From NCBI GenBank assembly GCA_017654855.1, contig CM030332.1:6386001-6450000 (forward strand): 64,000 nt of DNA. Direction: 5' to 3'. This DNA comes from Podospora anserina (Eukaryota). Under the pieces are notes generated by a model. It saw nothing but the letters and a program-made list of their open reading frames with translations. It was not told where the DNA came from and searched no databases. A program made the translations under genes and the position numbers. Each line of letters starts with the position of its first letter. The first letter of the stretch is position 1. Below are positions 22,589 through 34,044 of the stretch, piece by piece.

Positions 22589-24698
22589 TTACATATCATA
22601 TCTCTGCCTCCAACCTCCAGTAGCCACCCGCGGGGCATTTAACTTTTCATCCACCACTCTCCCCATTGCCATCCCCTCATCCTCACTCTCCTCCCCATCA
22701 TCATCGTCAGCCTCGTTGTACCCATGCACGCTTGCCGTTCCCGTATCATTCGCCGAGCCATTCCACGAACTAGCAACCAGTACCGGCGCATTCGGATGCC
22801 ATCCCACATCTCTCACAATAGTACTCCAGTCATTCTCGAAGCTATGCAATCTATACCGCCTCGTCCTGAGTCTCGCGTTGCTTCCAGTGGCTGGCTCTGT
22901 GGCTTTTTGAACGTCAATGGTCTTCGCGAGTGTGGCGTCCATGTTCCAAATGTATACATGCCCATCTGCACTTCCAGAGTAGACGTATCGACTATCTGTG
23001 CTGTTGGGTGGCGAAAAGTGGCATCTGATGAGTGTCCTCTGAACCTTGTGTCCACGGAAAGTCACGACTGAGTTGTCGTGCGGGTGCTGATACCATCGTG
23101 AGTCGTCATATTCTTGCCAGCGGTAGTCGAACTGATAATCTGGAGATTGAGTGATGGCCGTTGGGTTTGTTGAAAGGAAGGTGGAGGTAGACATTGCTTT
23201 GCGCAAGTCCCACAGTTTCATCGACTGGTCTTTACCATTGGAAAGGATGTAACGACCATCCTGCTTGGAGTCGATATAGGTAAGGCCTTCGGTGTGTCCT
23301 ACAAAGGCCCCGGCTGGGCGGCCATCACCAATGGAACGGGTGTCCCATACTTTAATCGTACTATAGAGACATGGCATCAGTTACCATCTCAAGACTTTCT
23401 GTGCAGAAAAGAAGAAAACCTACCAGTCATCTGAGCCGGAGTACAGGATGTGAGGCGAGTTCTTGTCGGCAAAGCAAACGGCGTTCACATCGTCGTTATG
23501 CCCATGAACGTGATGTAGTGTTGTGCGTGTTTCGATGTCATACACTACCACGGAGTCGGTATTCGTGCCCGCGACAAGCTGACGCCCATCGCCTGAGAAC
23601 CTCACGGAGAAGATGGCAAAGCTCCCACCATACCCAGGCTGACTGTGCCCTCCGGCAAAGTTAAGTGTGTATGAATCGCCGGTATCCTTCGGGTCGGTGG
23701 GAGCAATCGCAACTTCAGGCTGCAACGACGTAAACGCCAGCCAGCGGTTATCAGGGCTGAGGTCGGCATCGGTCATCGTCCATTGACCAAACGGGTAGTC
23801 GAATGTTTTGTAGTACTTCCAGTCGTAAACATTCGAGGTATCGTATAACCGTACTTTAAAGTCTTTGTTGCAGGTGTAAAAGAAGTTGCCATCGTCGGAG
23901 AACTGGCCGCAACAAACGGGATCGTCGTAATGGATAATCATCTCTGGCTTGGATACCGGTATCATCTGTTGCAGCATCATTCCTCGATTCCTCAGCTGCT
24001 CAGCCTTGCCGCCCAGACCTAGCTCTCGATCGAGAATCCTCCTCGAGATATCCTTATACCTCCGATCACGGATATCAAACGACCCAAACGCCCCCGACTC
24101 CATCAGTTTCCTCCCCTCCTCACTCGGTACCTTGGGAAACCTATCCGGGTCTTGTCTGTTGGTCCGCCGCTGATACATCATCTCATCAACCTCGGCATCA
24201 TCAAAAATCAAGTCCGTGAGATCATGCCCTCTCAGCAAAGCAAGAATCTGTCGCTGGCTCAACCCAACTGCCCCCGAGGCACCTACAAATCGTCAGCCGG
24301 GTCTCATCAATCACCCCCAGTCAACACTCACCATTCCCAACAAGTCTCACAATTCTCCTCAGTAGCTGACCCCCCTCCCTCTCCTCGGCAGTAGCTTGAT
24401 TATCATCATCTTCTTCTTCTTCATCCTCATCATCCTCATCATCCTCATTACCGACCGGAACTTGCTCCAATACAACCTCCAACTCGAGTCCCTCCGCATC
24501 GCCGGACGCATGAAGCCGCTCATGTTCTGCCATTTCTTCCCTCAAAATTTCATCATAATACTCCTGGTCATGTTCCTCTCCGTCTTCGACCCGCTCGCGA
24601 GTAGCTTCATGCATTGGATACGGAACGTAGGAGGTCCAGTCGTCGGAATCCAGTGGGCCGCCATCGTTGGGGTCACCGCGGTAATTGTCGCTACTCAT
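22589..24698 (-). CDS. WDR23: WD40 protein WDR23/DCAF11 (LEC14B-like), CRL4 substrate receptor; exons 24332-24698, 23424-24282, 22589-23360
   Basis: GQFSDDGNFFY, GQWTMTDADLSPDN, HNDDVNAVCFAD..LYSGSDD, VWDTR, GHTEGLTYIDSK.DGRYILSNGKDQSMKLWDLR, TFRGHKV.RTLIRC. Two canonical introns keep the frame. Confidence 0.92.
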
Positions 24699-25509
24699 TG
24701 TGATAGACTGAAAAACTGTTGAAACGTCGACGCTGAAAGTACAAAGTGTTGTTGTATTTCGACCGGTTGAAGCCAGCTGTGGTGAGAGGCAAGTCGATTG
24801 ATAAGCCACGAGGGGTAGTTCAAATGCGCTTTAACAGATCGCTCTTCAAAAGCAAGAAATATCACTCGTGACAAGCAAACGAGTTATCAAAAGCGCATCA
24901 TGAAGAAAAGAGCAAAGCAATTGTTTCATTGACTGAATGGATGACACGGGCATGGCACCTCACTTCGCCGCCGTTGTACCAGAGCCACAAGCTATCTCAC
25001 CCACCCTTCCCGCACTGAACACCGGCCGATATATACTAGTGACGACATTGCTGGGACAAATCGGATGCTGGGCTCTGGGGAGGTCGCTATCATGCGGAGT
25101 TTAGCACCGGAATTAACTTGTGAGGGGAATGAGTGAGGGGCAATCAATCGGCTGGGTGGGGCGGTGATCGTGCTGACAAAGCACATCTCAACATCACTTT
25201 CATCCGAAGATATGATCAACCCTAACCCTTCACTTGAAATCAGAAGGGACAAGTTCCCCCAGGTCAATCAACTTTCATCTACTTTATATGTCATATAGAA
25301 GATATATTTTATGCGTTTTACACAGCCGGCACTCATCAAAACAACTCTGTCTCAGTATGTCTGTTGCCCCTCTTGACTCACCTGCCGTGCCCCCATAGCA
25401 TCCAACCCCTTATCGGCATGGCTCCTCTCCTCAGCTGAGAGCTCCCCACATATAATCCAATAAGCTGATGCCACATCTCACACAAACAAAGAATTCCAAT
25501 GTTCCAAAT

Positions 25510-25601
25510 GGCCGTGTGGTGTAGTGGTAGCATACTTGCTTTGGGAATTTCCTCTCATAAGCTGTTGCAAGTGGTCCCAGGTTCGAGCCCTGGCTCGGCC
25601 C
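25510..25601 (+). tRNA. tRNA-Pro(UGG) with a 20-nt intron (25546-25565)
   Basis: Acceptor GGCCGTG/CTCGGCC (U6-U67 mismatch as in yeast tRNA-Pro), stem CTTGC/GCAAG around TT-TGG-G, T arm CCAGG-TTCGAGC-CCTGG; TTTT at 25607-25610. Confidence 0.93.
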
Positions 25602-25805
25602 CAATGTTTTGATGTTCATTCATCATTATCATGATACCTTTTTGGTACATCATGAGATTCGACTGCATAACCTCACAATTATGCACAAGAGTAAATGTAA
25701 AGGGCCATCCATCACACACACAGCATTCATTCCGAGAAAATCAAAGTCTACTATTTTTCATCTCTATCCAAATATTTACTCCCCCAACCAACATATCCCT
25801 TCTAT

Positions 25806-27465
25806 CTAATCATCATCCCAATGCCTCCTACTGATAATAATGGGCCTCGCCGGATCCCACGGCCCATAAATCTCATTCTTGTACTTTTGCATCCCAATCA
25901 ACCACCAACTGCACCCCCCAATCGCAACCGCACTGATCAAACACCCAATCACCATCCCGGCCAGTCCTCTCTTCCATGGCCACGACGTCGCCGGTGCCTC
26001 CCCTAATATGATCCCCACTCCACCCCCCGCTCCCAAAACCAACAGCACAGTCAAAAGAAAATGATACCGCCAGCTTCGGTGCCTAGCGTATGATCTGAAA
26101 ACTGGAAACAGGCCAAACACCTCGATGCTGAAGAGCGTGAGGGAGAAGACTTGGCCTGTGGAGGGAAGGCGGGAGGCAAGGACGGTGGACGCCATGAGAG
26201 CGGCGTTGGTTGACAAGGAAGCGACCGGCATTTTCTTGGTTTTGTGCGGGCCAGAGATGTGGGAGGGGGTGCCGCCTGAGTAGTCGAAGAAGAAGATGTT
26301 GATTGCTAGGAGCCAAAAGGACATGGCCCAGATGGAATCGGAGGAGGTGGATCGGGTGAGGGACTTGAGGATGGGGGATAAGCCCAGCAAGGTGAAGTAG
26401 ATGAGGATGGCGGATTTGATGGTTGATACGCGAAGGTACGCGCGTGTGTTGGGGAGGGAGTCTGGGTCGGAGTCGTGGTTTGGACCCCTGGTGCTGGTTG
26501 GGGAATTGGCGCTGTTCTGCGATGTTGCCGAGTGAACTGAGGAGACAGAGCGCGAGTGTGAGTGTCCTGGAGTCAGGAGCTTAGGTGCTGTTGAGTTGTG
26601 AGAGGTATTATCATGATGCTGGTGAGGTGTCGGATTTGGTCGGTGGTTGTATTGGAGGAGATTGGTAGTCGAGCTGGCTGCTGATGGTAGGTTCGAGGTG
26701 CTCGATATGCTAGCTGTGCTGATGTTATTCGGCAATGGTTGGTGAAGACTTGGCCCAGGTAAAGAGTCTTGTCGCCGAGGGGGTCGGTATTCTCTGTAAA
26801 TTCGCCCATCCCGCATGCTCCTTGTCATGTCACCGCTTTCGCCAGCACCGGTCTGGTCCTCCTGGGTCATCCACCAATCCCATAGCAGCCAACCGAGAAA
26901 CGTCGCAAAGCTCCCCCATCCGACTACCGACACGGGGCTCACCCTCTCCTGAAATATGCCCACAAAGCAAACAATGAATATTATGACGGAGCAGACATGC
27001 TGCAAGATGACAGTCGAATCGGCGACCAGGGGCCAGAAGTCATACGGCTGCACCCGTGGGTTGCGCTGTAGGTTCTCGAGAAAGGTCGCTTGGTCGGTAT
27101 AGTTGTCGGGATCTGCAATGCGCTCGTGTTAGGTCAGGAGCAACCACAAGAGAACGGTGTCCAGTATGCGCACATGATTGCTTCACCCATAAGAGCTTCT
27201 GGAAGCGCTTCCGCCTTCTACTACGACTCCTGCTCGTGTCATTACGCCTGATGTGCCGTGGACGCGTATCGAGACCGGTATCGAAGAGGCCAGGCTGTCT
27301 GGGTGGTGAAATAGGGGTATATGCGTCCTCGGGGGCCAGATGGGATGGGTCGGCGCGGTGCGACTTGAGGCTCGCTGGGACGGTCGAGGAGCGCACCAGG
27401 GCTGGGAAGGGCTTCTCAAAGTCGGAGGGAATGGCCGATTGATGGAGGCCCGACGGAGGGGCCAT
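25806..27465 (-). CDS. GPI2: GPI-GlcNAc transferase subunit Gpi2/PIG-C; exons 27174-27465, 25806-27112
   Basis: The spliced join gives KLLWVKQSYPDNYTDQATFLENLQRNP. Also LSPILKSLTRSTSSDSIWA, STNAALMASTVLASRL and QKYKNEIYGPWDPA. Intron 27113-27173 GTGCGC..CTAAC..CAG. Confidence 0.93.
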
Positions 27466-29587
27466 GGGGTGGAGTCACTGCTCTCCCATATGCACAATGA
27501 TATTGTCGATGAATGCCACAGCAGTGCTAAACATGTAGGGGAGGAATCTGATGTGTTCGCCAGCAGCAAAGCCGCATTGGCAAGCCATTGCACTGGCGTG
27601 TGGCAGGCAATAGCTGCTCCTTGGCACCGAGCACGCTAAAAGCTTGGGCCACTTCTTGATTTGTGGGGCCCTCAAGGGGCACGCCTTGTCAGGTCCCGCC
27701 ATCCACCTTCCGTCTTGACCACATCAAACCTCAGGAGAAAGAGTTCAATTTTCTGTCATCACTCGAGTCCCTTGCTTGTCGTATTTTCTGGACATACTGT
27801 ACACGTACGCATGCTCCCACAGACATGGGTAATCAGGGCGATTTAACATGAGCGACTCCTACGACGCTTAAGCAATGATCATCGTCACCAACATATCTCC
27901 AAAAACAGCTGGAGCTTTTCATGGTTCCATTCACTTCAAAGATTGAGCATGCAACCTTTCCAGGCACAGGACCAGGATCCCGCCTTCGGACCGCCTGTGT
28001 AACCCAGAAAAAGGCCTGATAACCACCCAAGGTGTACCTCATGCATGAAGGGGTCAGTCAAGCTTTTTCCTGTTCTCCTCCCGAGCGGCATCCGGGCCAT
28101 GGCTGGCATCGTCAAGCTTTCTAGGAGTTGGCCTCGATCGCTCCAGCCAACGAGTTCCGCTGTTTTGGATGCGTATTGATGCGGCGAAGATGTAAGTCTT
28201 CACGGGCTGCATATTCATTGCATTTCTCGGCGATGGATATACCCTATTCTAGCTCAACGGCCGTGGATGAGCGTAGGAGGCATCCGTTGTCAAAGTGGGC
28301 CATCAGCAGCTCAGAAGCTCGTGTTACAGATGCAGACGGGCCTTTTATACAAGTGGCGCCTTGCTTCCAGTTCAGAGCCATTGAAACACCTACTGGGGCA
28401 GCTAAAGATGCAGAACTTACTTGCCCCCACGAAGCCAAGACAAAGATCGCATAAACCGCGGCTTGCTGGAGAATCAACACGATGGTCAAACGGCGTCGTT
28501 TTGGGTAACTCGTATGATGGGTCGTTGGTCCGGAACGGCGACCGATTATTGAAATACGAGATTCTCTGTGTCGCTACGACTTCCCCCCTCCCTTTTCAGC
28601 ACCCCCCAAGAGAAGGACGAGAAGGACAGGGCTGCCAAGTTGACCCAATCTTTTCCGGCACCTACCGATATGCATGCAACGTGCCGCTCACAGCTTGTCT
28701 CAGCACACGCAACTCTCTCGCTCGTCGTCGCCGTCGTCTCGCACATGGCCATTTTCTAGCGTGGGCCGCTCCATGATCGGCTTCGCCGTTTGCCCACCGG
28801 TGGCATAATGGTCGCGAAAAAAAAGGCTGGGGATCCGTTGGACGCCTTCCCCCACAACGGCCGACTGGCAACAAGTCAGCGCATCATCACATTGTTCCAA
28901 GAGGTGGTCACCACAGTATAAATCCGATACACGACAGACTGCCTGCCTTGGACCAGGCGCCAAGAGCAGATTGAGATGCACTGCGGCGCAGTGGTTCGGT
29001 TGGTGTAGACCCTCCGGGTGCATGGCGGCGTCTAGGCCCCCAGGGCCTGTTGGCCTGGTGCGCCCTGCTTATGGACGTCGTCCTATGTGAGCTCGACGCT
29101 ATCGTGAAATGCCCTGCTTGGTGGTGGCTTCCCGTCTTCATAAAGACCCAACCACCCACACTACCTTCGCGGGGCCAACACGCCGTCCTTTTCAGCTTCT
29201 CCGACTTCCCCTCCCGTGTAACGGCGTTTGTAAGCTCAATTTCTGCTCTTCCTCCATTTAGCCTGCTGCATAGCATCTGTACTCTGTGTTTCTTGTCTTT
29301 CAACATATTGCGCTCGGCATATTCAGCTGTCTGGGCCTGCCTCTGCCAATTACCCGGCCTCACTGACTTTCGAATTTCCTCATCGCTGCGCATCATTGCG
29401 CCTCGGCAAGCTCCTGCTCCCCTTCCTTTGTTTGGATTATTCCACTACCGCCCCCTCGGTTTCGAAGCCCGACGTCACTCTTTGTTCTTTGTCGCCGGGG
29501 TGCTCCTTAAAAGGACGCAAGAGCGACCAACCCGTGAGTTCTTGGATTTGCCCGAGTTAAACTGTCGCACCTTGGTCGCATATCAAA

Positions 29588-30243
29588 ATGAGGTGGTACA
29601 TTGTGCTTGGCCTTGCGCATATGGCGACGTGCTCGCCTGTGCCTGTTTTGTTGAAGGAACGATTGGAAATCTTCTCGGACGCTGCCAATGGAGTGGTGAC
29701 TGTCCTCCAGTCCCGGTCGAGCGAGCTCTCCAGTGTTATCTCCGAGAGGAGTCAAGATGGATCTGCGCAAACACCAATAGAAGTCGCTTCACCGCAGTTG
29801 CGACCGCTCACAAAACACCGGCCTGCGGCGGAAACATGGGAGGACGAAATGGATGCGCCTGTCGTGACACTGGGCGATGAGGACTTGCTGGAGGTTACCG
29901 AGACTGACGTCGATATCACCACCTTTGCGTCGTTCGCCCGACCAGGAATGCCGTGTCGTCATGGGAGGCTACTACGCGAAAACAACGATATGCTCATCAT
30001 CTATCTTGCAACCTCTTTCCTTCTTGTGGTGGTAATGGTGGAGACTTGGGGTAGCTATGTGAGGAGGTAAGTCATAGTTGACAAAGTATGGATGGAAGGG
30101 CTTCACTAACGATACATGATAGACAAGAGCAAGGCACGATCAGGTTAAAAGAGAGCCCAATTCGAGAGGTGTGCTCAATCCAGTCAGAAGCTGCTCCGGA
30201 TGTCCCCAAGGATGTGTCGGATGAGAAGAAAGCCTTGCTGTGA
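29588..30243 (+). CDS. Small type-I membrane protein of unknown function; exons 29588-30066, 30123-30243
   Basis: caaaATG; signal peptide MRWYIVLGLAHMATCSP; TM MLIIYLATSFLLVVVMV; intron GTAAGT..CTAAC..TAG; ends DEKKALL. Confidence 0.8.
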
Positions 30244-31503
30244 AGATGAGCAGAGCATAGCTCGAAATTCGCCTCGATACCTCTTTTCTGATGGCTATTA
30301 GGCCAACCTGAAGCTCGACTGTGTGTCAGCATATCATCAGAACCAACAACGAATGGCCTCAAGACCAACATTCGTGAGGACTTGATAGGGCATGTTCATG
30401 TTCCGTTGCCTTCGTCTGGCAACCGAGCAGGTGTTGCTTACTTGAATATATCTCGCAAAAAATATAATTATCATTAGGCTCCCTCGTGCACTTGTTTACC
30501 GAACAATTTGTGCAACAACACTCGAGCACGTGTGCAATTTCCGTATGGTCACTCAGGAGTGGGCCGATGTGAGCTCCAGAAGGCCTCACTGCAGTCCAAC
30601 GAGCCGAGCCCAACCTGTTCCGCTTCCATCCCTCACCCGCCTCGAGGAGATCTGAAAGAGCAAGTTACCTATCTCAAAGGGCGATATATTAGACATCCTA
30701 TGACGTTAAGTGCGGCTTCTACACCCGTGCCAAGGACCATGGAGGCTGAGCCGGCCGCCCCGGGATCCGCCTTTCTCGCATATCGGCGCCGGAAATGCGG
30801 GGTTCGGAGGTCCCGACTGATCATTCCTACCCCGTGATGCCAAGCATTCCATCGCCAAGCCCTTGCAACTCCATCTTTGAGGCTGTTCGCTGTGATCACA
30901 AGCCACATCGGCAAGCGGCTCATGAGCAAGTCGACACCACTGACTGTATTCATTGCATAAGTCGAGCTCGGGAATGCAGAGTGTGAGAATTAAGATTACC
31001 AACGAATACATCGGCGAATAAGACCTCTTGATTATCGTCAGGATGCAGAGAGAGCGGCGTGGTAAATGCCCACTGATGTTTCATGGCTTATGGAACTCTC
31101 ATGCAGCCCAGCCTTTTCAACCCAATCACGAGCGATCCCAGAAGCCCAACTCAGCACAAACCCCCCTCCCTTGATACCCATGCCTTGCCTCAGGCCTTCA
31201 GCCTTCCTTTCCCTGATCCTCATCCGTCAGCCGTCCCCCGACCAACATCTTTTTGCTCTTCTTTTCTTTCAGATAAAAAGAATTCGGTTTTTCTCTTCCT
31301 GCAGAAAGTCAAGTCCGAAGCTTGCTGCAACCGCGTCACCTGTATCTTACGCCAAGACCAACTCACACTTGGTTCACCCCGCATTTTTGGGTCTCATCCG
31401 AACTCCGGGTCGACAAACAGTTTGCCGTGTGAAAGCTCAAACCCGGCATCTCACAGCTGCAAGCCAGCCGCGAGCTTACTTCCAGAAGTAGCAAGACATA
31501 ATA

Positions 31504-33550
31504 ATGTCTCTGCAGGTTGACGATGGCGGCCGGCGCGCCCGGTCCCGTTCTCCGGGCCGGCGCGCCGATGTGGTGGAAGCATCACCGTACAGCTCTACCG
31601 ACCGCGGATTCACACCCTCTACGGTGACGGCATACAGCGAGTATGAACGGCTCTCACAGTGGGGATCTGCCGCCGATGAGGACTTTTACGGCGCGAGACC
31701 TCCCTCGGTGGTGAACCTCCAGGGACAGGGTCATATCTATGGTGATCCTCTTGAAGCTGAGTATGGTCGATATAGCGGTAGAAGAGCAGACCGCGACCGG
31801 GACTCGGACAGCGACAGCCAGAGACGGAGATATCCTGAGATCAGAACCGCCGAGCCCTCGTCTTCGCCGAGAGACTCCCGCGATTCTTTCGGCAGGGAGT
31901 CCGATAAGGAGCGCCGCCGCAGGGAGAAGAAGGACAAGCTCCAGGATGATCTCGCCTATGGGAAGCTGCCGGGGCAATCCAAATATGATGCTCCTGTCCC
32001 CCAGTCCATCCCGATCCCGATCCCCAACCCTTCTGCCTCGGCACCATCGTTCAACTACGCCCAGCCGAGGCCTTACGAGTATGGTTCCGTCTCCAAGACA
32101 GACCGCTACGGCACCTCGCTCGAACCTGCCCCTCGCCCCGGCCGTTCCCCCTCTCCCGGCCCATCATCCCCCTTGAAATCCGCCATGAAGCGAACCTCTT
32201 CCCCTCTGCCCCCAACGAATCGCATGTCAACCCTGTCGGTCCACAGCCCCCACCACTCCCTCTCCCTCTCCTCCGCCCCCCCTTCCCCGCTATTGGAAGC
32301 CTACCACGGAACGTACCAATCCATGTCACCCATGCCCTCCCCCCTGCTCATGCCCTCCTCTCCCGGACATCATATCCTCGAAGCGCTCTCCCCCCTCGGT
32401 TCAGACTCTGAATCCGAACAGAAGAAGAAACGACGCGCGAGGTTCCACGACCCGGTCGACGACGCTGCCAGGCTGGCAAAAGCCCTAAAGGGCGACCGCC
32501 GCCCTCCCGAAACAGAACCCCTCATCGAAATCCTGCCAGGCATGTCCCACGAGCAAATCATGGAGCTGCGCCAGGAATACAAGCGCCTTGTCAAAACCGG
32601 CACGGAAAGAAAGGGAGTCAACATTGCGAAACATATCCGTGCCAGGCTCAAGGATGAGGATCCCAACTTGATGAAGGCGTGTTACGCTACTGCGCTCGGC
32701 AGGTGGGAGAGCGAGAGTTACTGGGCTAATTTTTGGTACCATGGGGATAAGACGCGGAGGGAGTTGCTGATTGAGAGTTTGATGGGGAGGTCAAACGAGG
32801 AGATTAGGCTGATCAAGGACGGGTTTAGTGACAAGAAGTATGGGAATTCTCTGACGAGGGCGATGAGGACGGAGCTGAGGGAGGACAAGTTTAAGAAGGC
32901 GGTGTTGATGGTGCTGGAGGGGGGGAGGCAGGAGGATGTTTGGGATGGTAGGGAAAGGAGGTGGAGGATTGATGCCGATTTGGTGGAGCAGGATGTTAGG
33001 GAGTTGTACAAGGCTGTCAAGAGCGAGAAGGGCGGGGAGAGTAAGATGTTGGAGATTGTGGTGGGGAGGGGGGAGGAGCATTTGAGGGAGGTGATGAGGG
33101 TTTATAGGGAAGTTAGTAGGGGAGGGAACTTTGCCAAGGATGCGCTGAAGAAGAGTGGGAATTTGGTGGTAAGTTCTCTCTAGTCCTGCAAGTTTTGAGC
33201 ATGATGTTGACGCGTGACGAATATAGGGCGAGGTTCTAGCGCATATCCTCAACGGGGTGATCAACAAGCCCATGAGAGACGCCATGTTGCTCCAGCACGC
33301 GCTCAAGGCGTCCAAGAAGGACGAGCTGAGAAAGGAGCTGTTGATTTCGCGGTTGGTGAGGTATCACTGGGATGCCAATCACATGCAGCAGGTGAAGCGG
33401 GCGTTTAGGGAACAGTATGGTCAGGATCTGAGCGACGCTGTAAAGGAGGGCACCAAGGATGAATGGGGTGCTTTCTGCAGGGCGTTGTGCATCACACGTA
33501 TGCCTGATGCGGAAAAGGTTATTGCGAGGGTCGATATTCATCGGAAGTGA
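31504..33550 (+). CDS. Fungal annexin (ANXC4-like) with a long Ser/Pro/Arg-rich N-terminus; exons 31504-33168, 33227-33550
   Basis: DAARLAKALKG..LIEILP, RRELLIESLMGRSNEEIRLIK, ELLISRLVRYHW..VKRAFREQYGQDL annexin-like repeats. Intron GTAAGT..TAG joins KKSGNLV-GEVLAHILNG. Confidence 0.88.
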
Positions 33551-33910
33551 GAGAGACGTGATGAGCTGTTGAATGCAGGATGATAAGGTTGAATGAGATC
33601 ACGTTGGAGATGATGGTTTTCTACGTTTGGTTGTATATTTCCTTGCTATACCATTTATTCTCTTTTCTTCTTTACAGAAATCGCTTCCTTCATTCTCATC
33701 TTATACCATCGGAATTTGCTTTGAAGATTTGCCTGGATTTCATTCGATTTACTTTTGCCACATAGCATTCTCAATACATCCCCATACTATTAGCCAAGGT
33801 GTTCAAATCCCTTACCTTCAAAATAGCGCCATAGATATTCATACTTCATCACACAAAACACACAAAAAAAAGATATTTATCTTCCGACATGTAGTCTGCT
33901 TTGCTAAAAA

Positions 33911-34044
33911 TGACAAGGGTGAGATTCGAACTCACGCCCCTTTCGAGACCACGGAACTTGTTTGCTTTCCTCAAGAGAAGTATCCAAGTGTGGATTAAGG
34001 GAAGATCCTTAACGTGGCGCCTTAGACCGCTCGGCCACCTTGCC
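33911..34044 (-). tRNA. tRNA-Leu(AAG) with a 52-nt intron (33955-34006)
   Basis: GGCAAGG/CCTTGTC acceptor, GGCCGAGCGGTCTAAGGC D arm, CCACG/CGTGG around TT-AAG-G, long variable arm, GTGAG-TTCGAAT-CTCAC, and an immediate T5 terminator. Confidence 0.94.

Noticed and set aside
1118-25808. Stop-loss extensions after the TAG stops of PET191, pirin, the orphan gene, the DUF3433-like gene and GPI2
   Set aside because: Downstream frames close within about 10-25 codons and show no coding-like composition.
29050-29880. 276-aa ORF overlapping the small membrane-protein gene
   Set aside because: Non-ATG start, pyrimidine-rich leader composition, and it overlaps a better-supported CDS in another frame.
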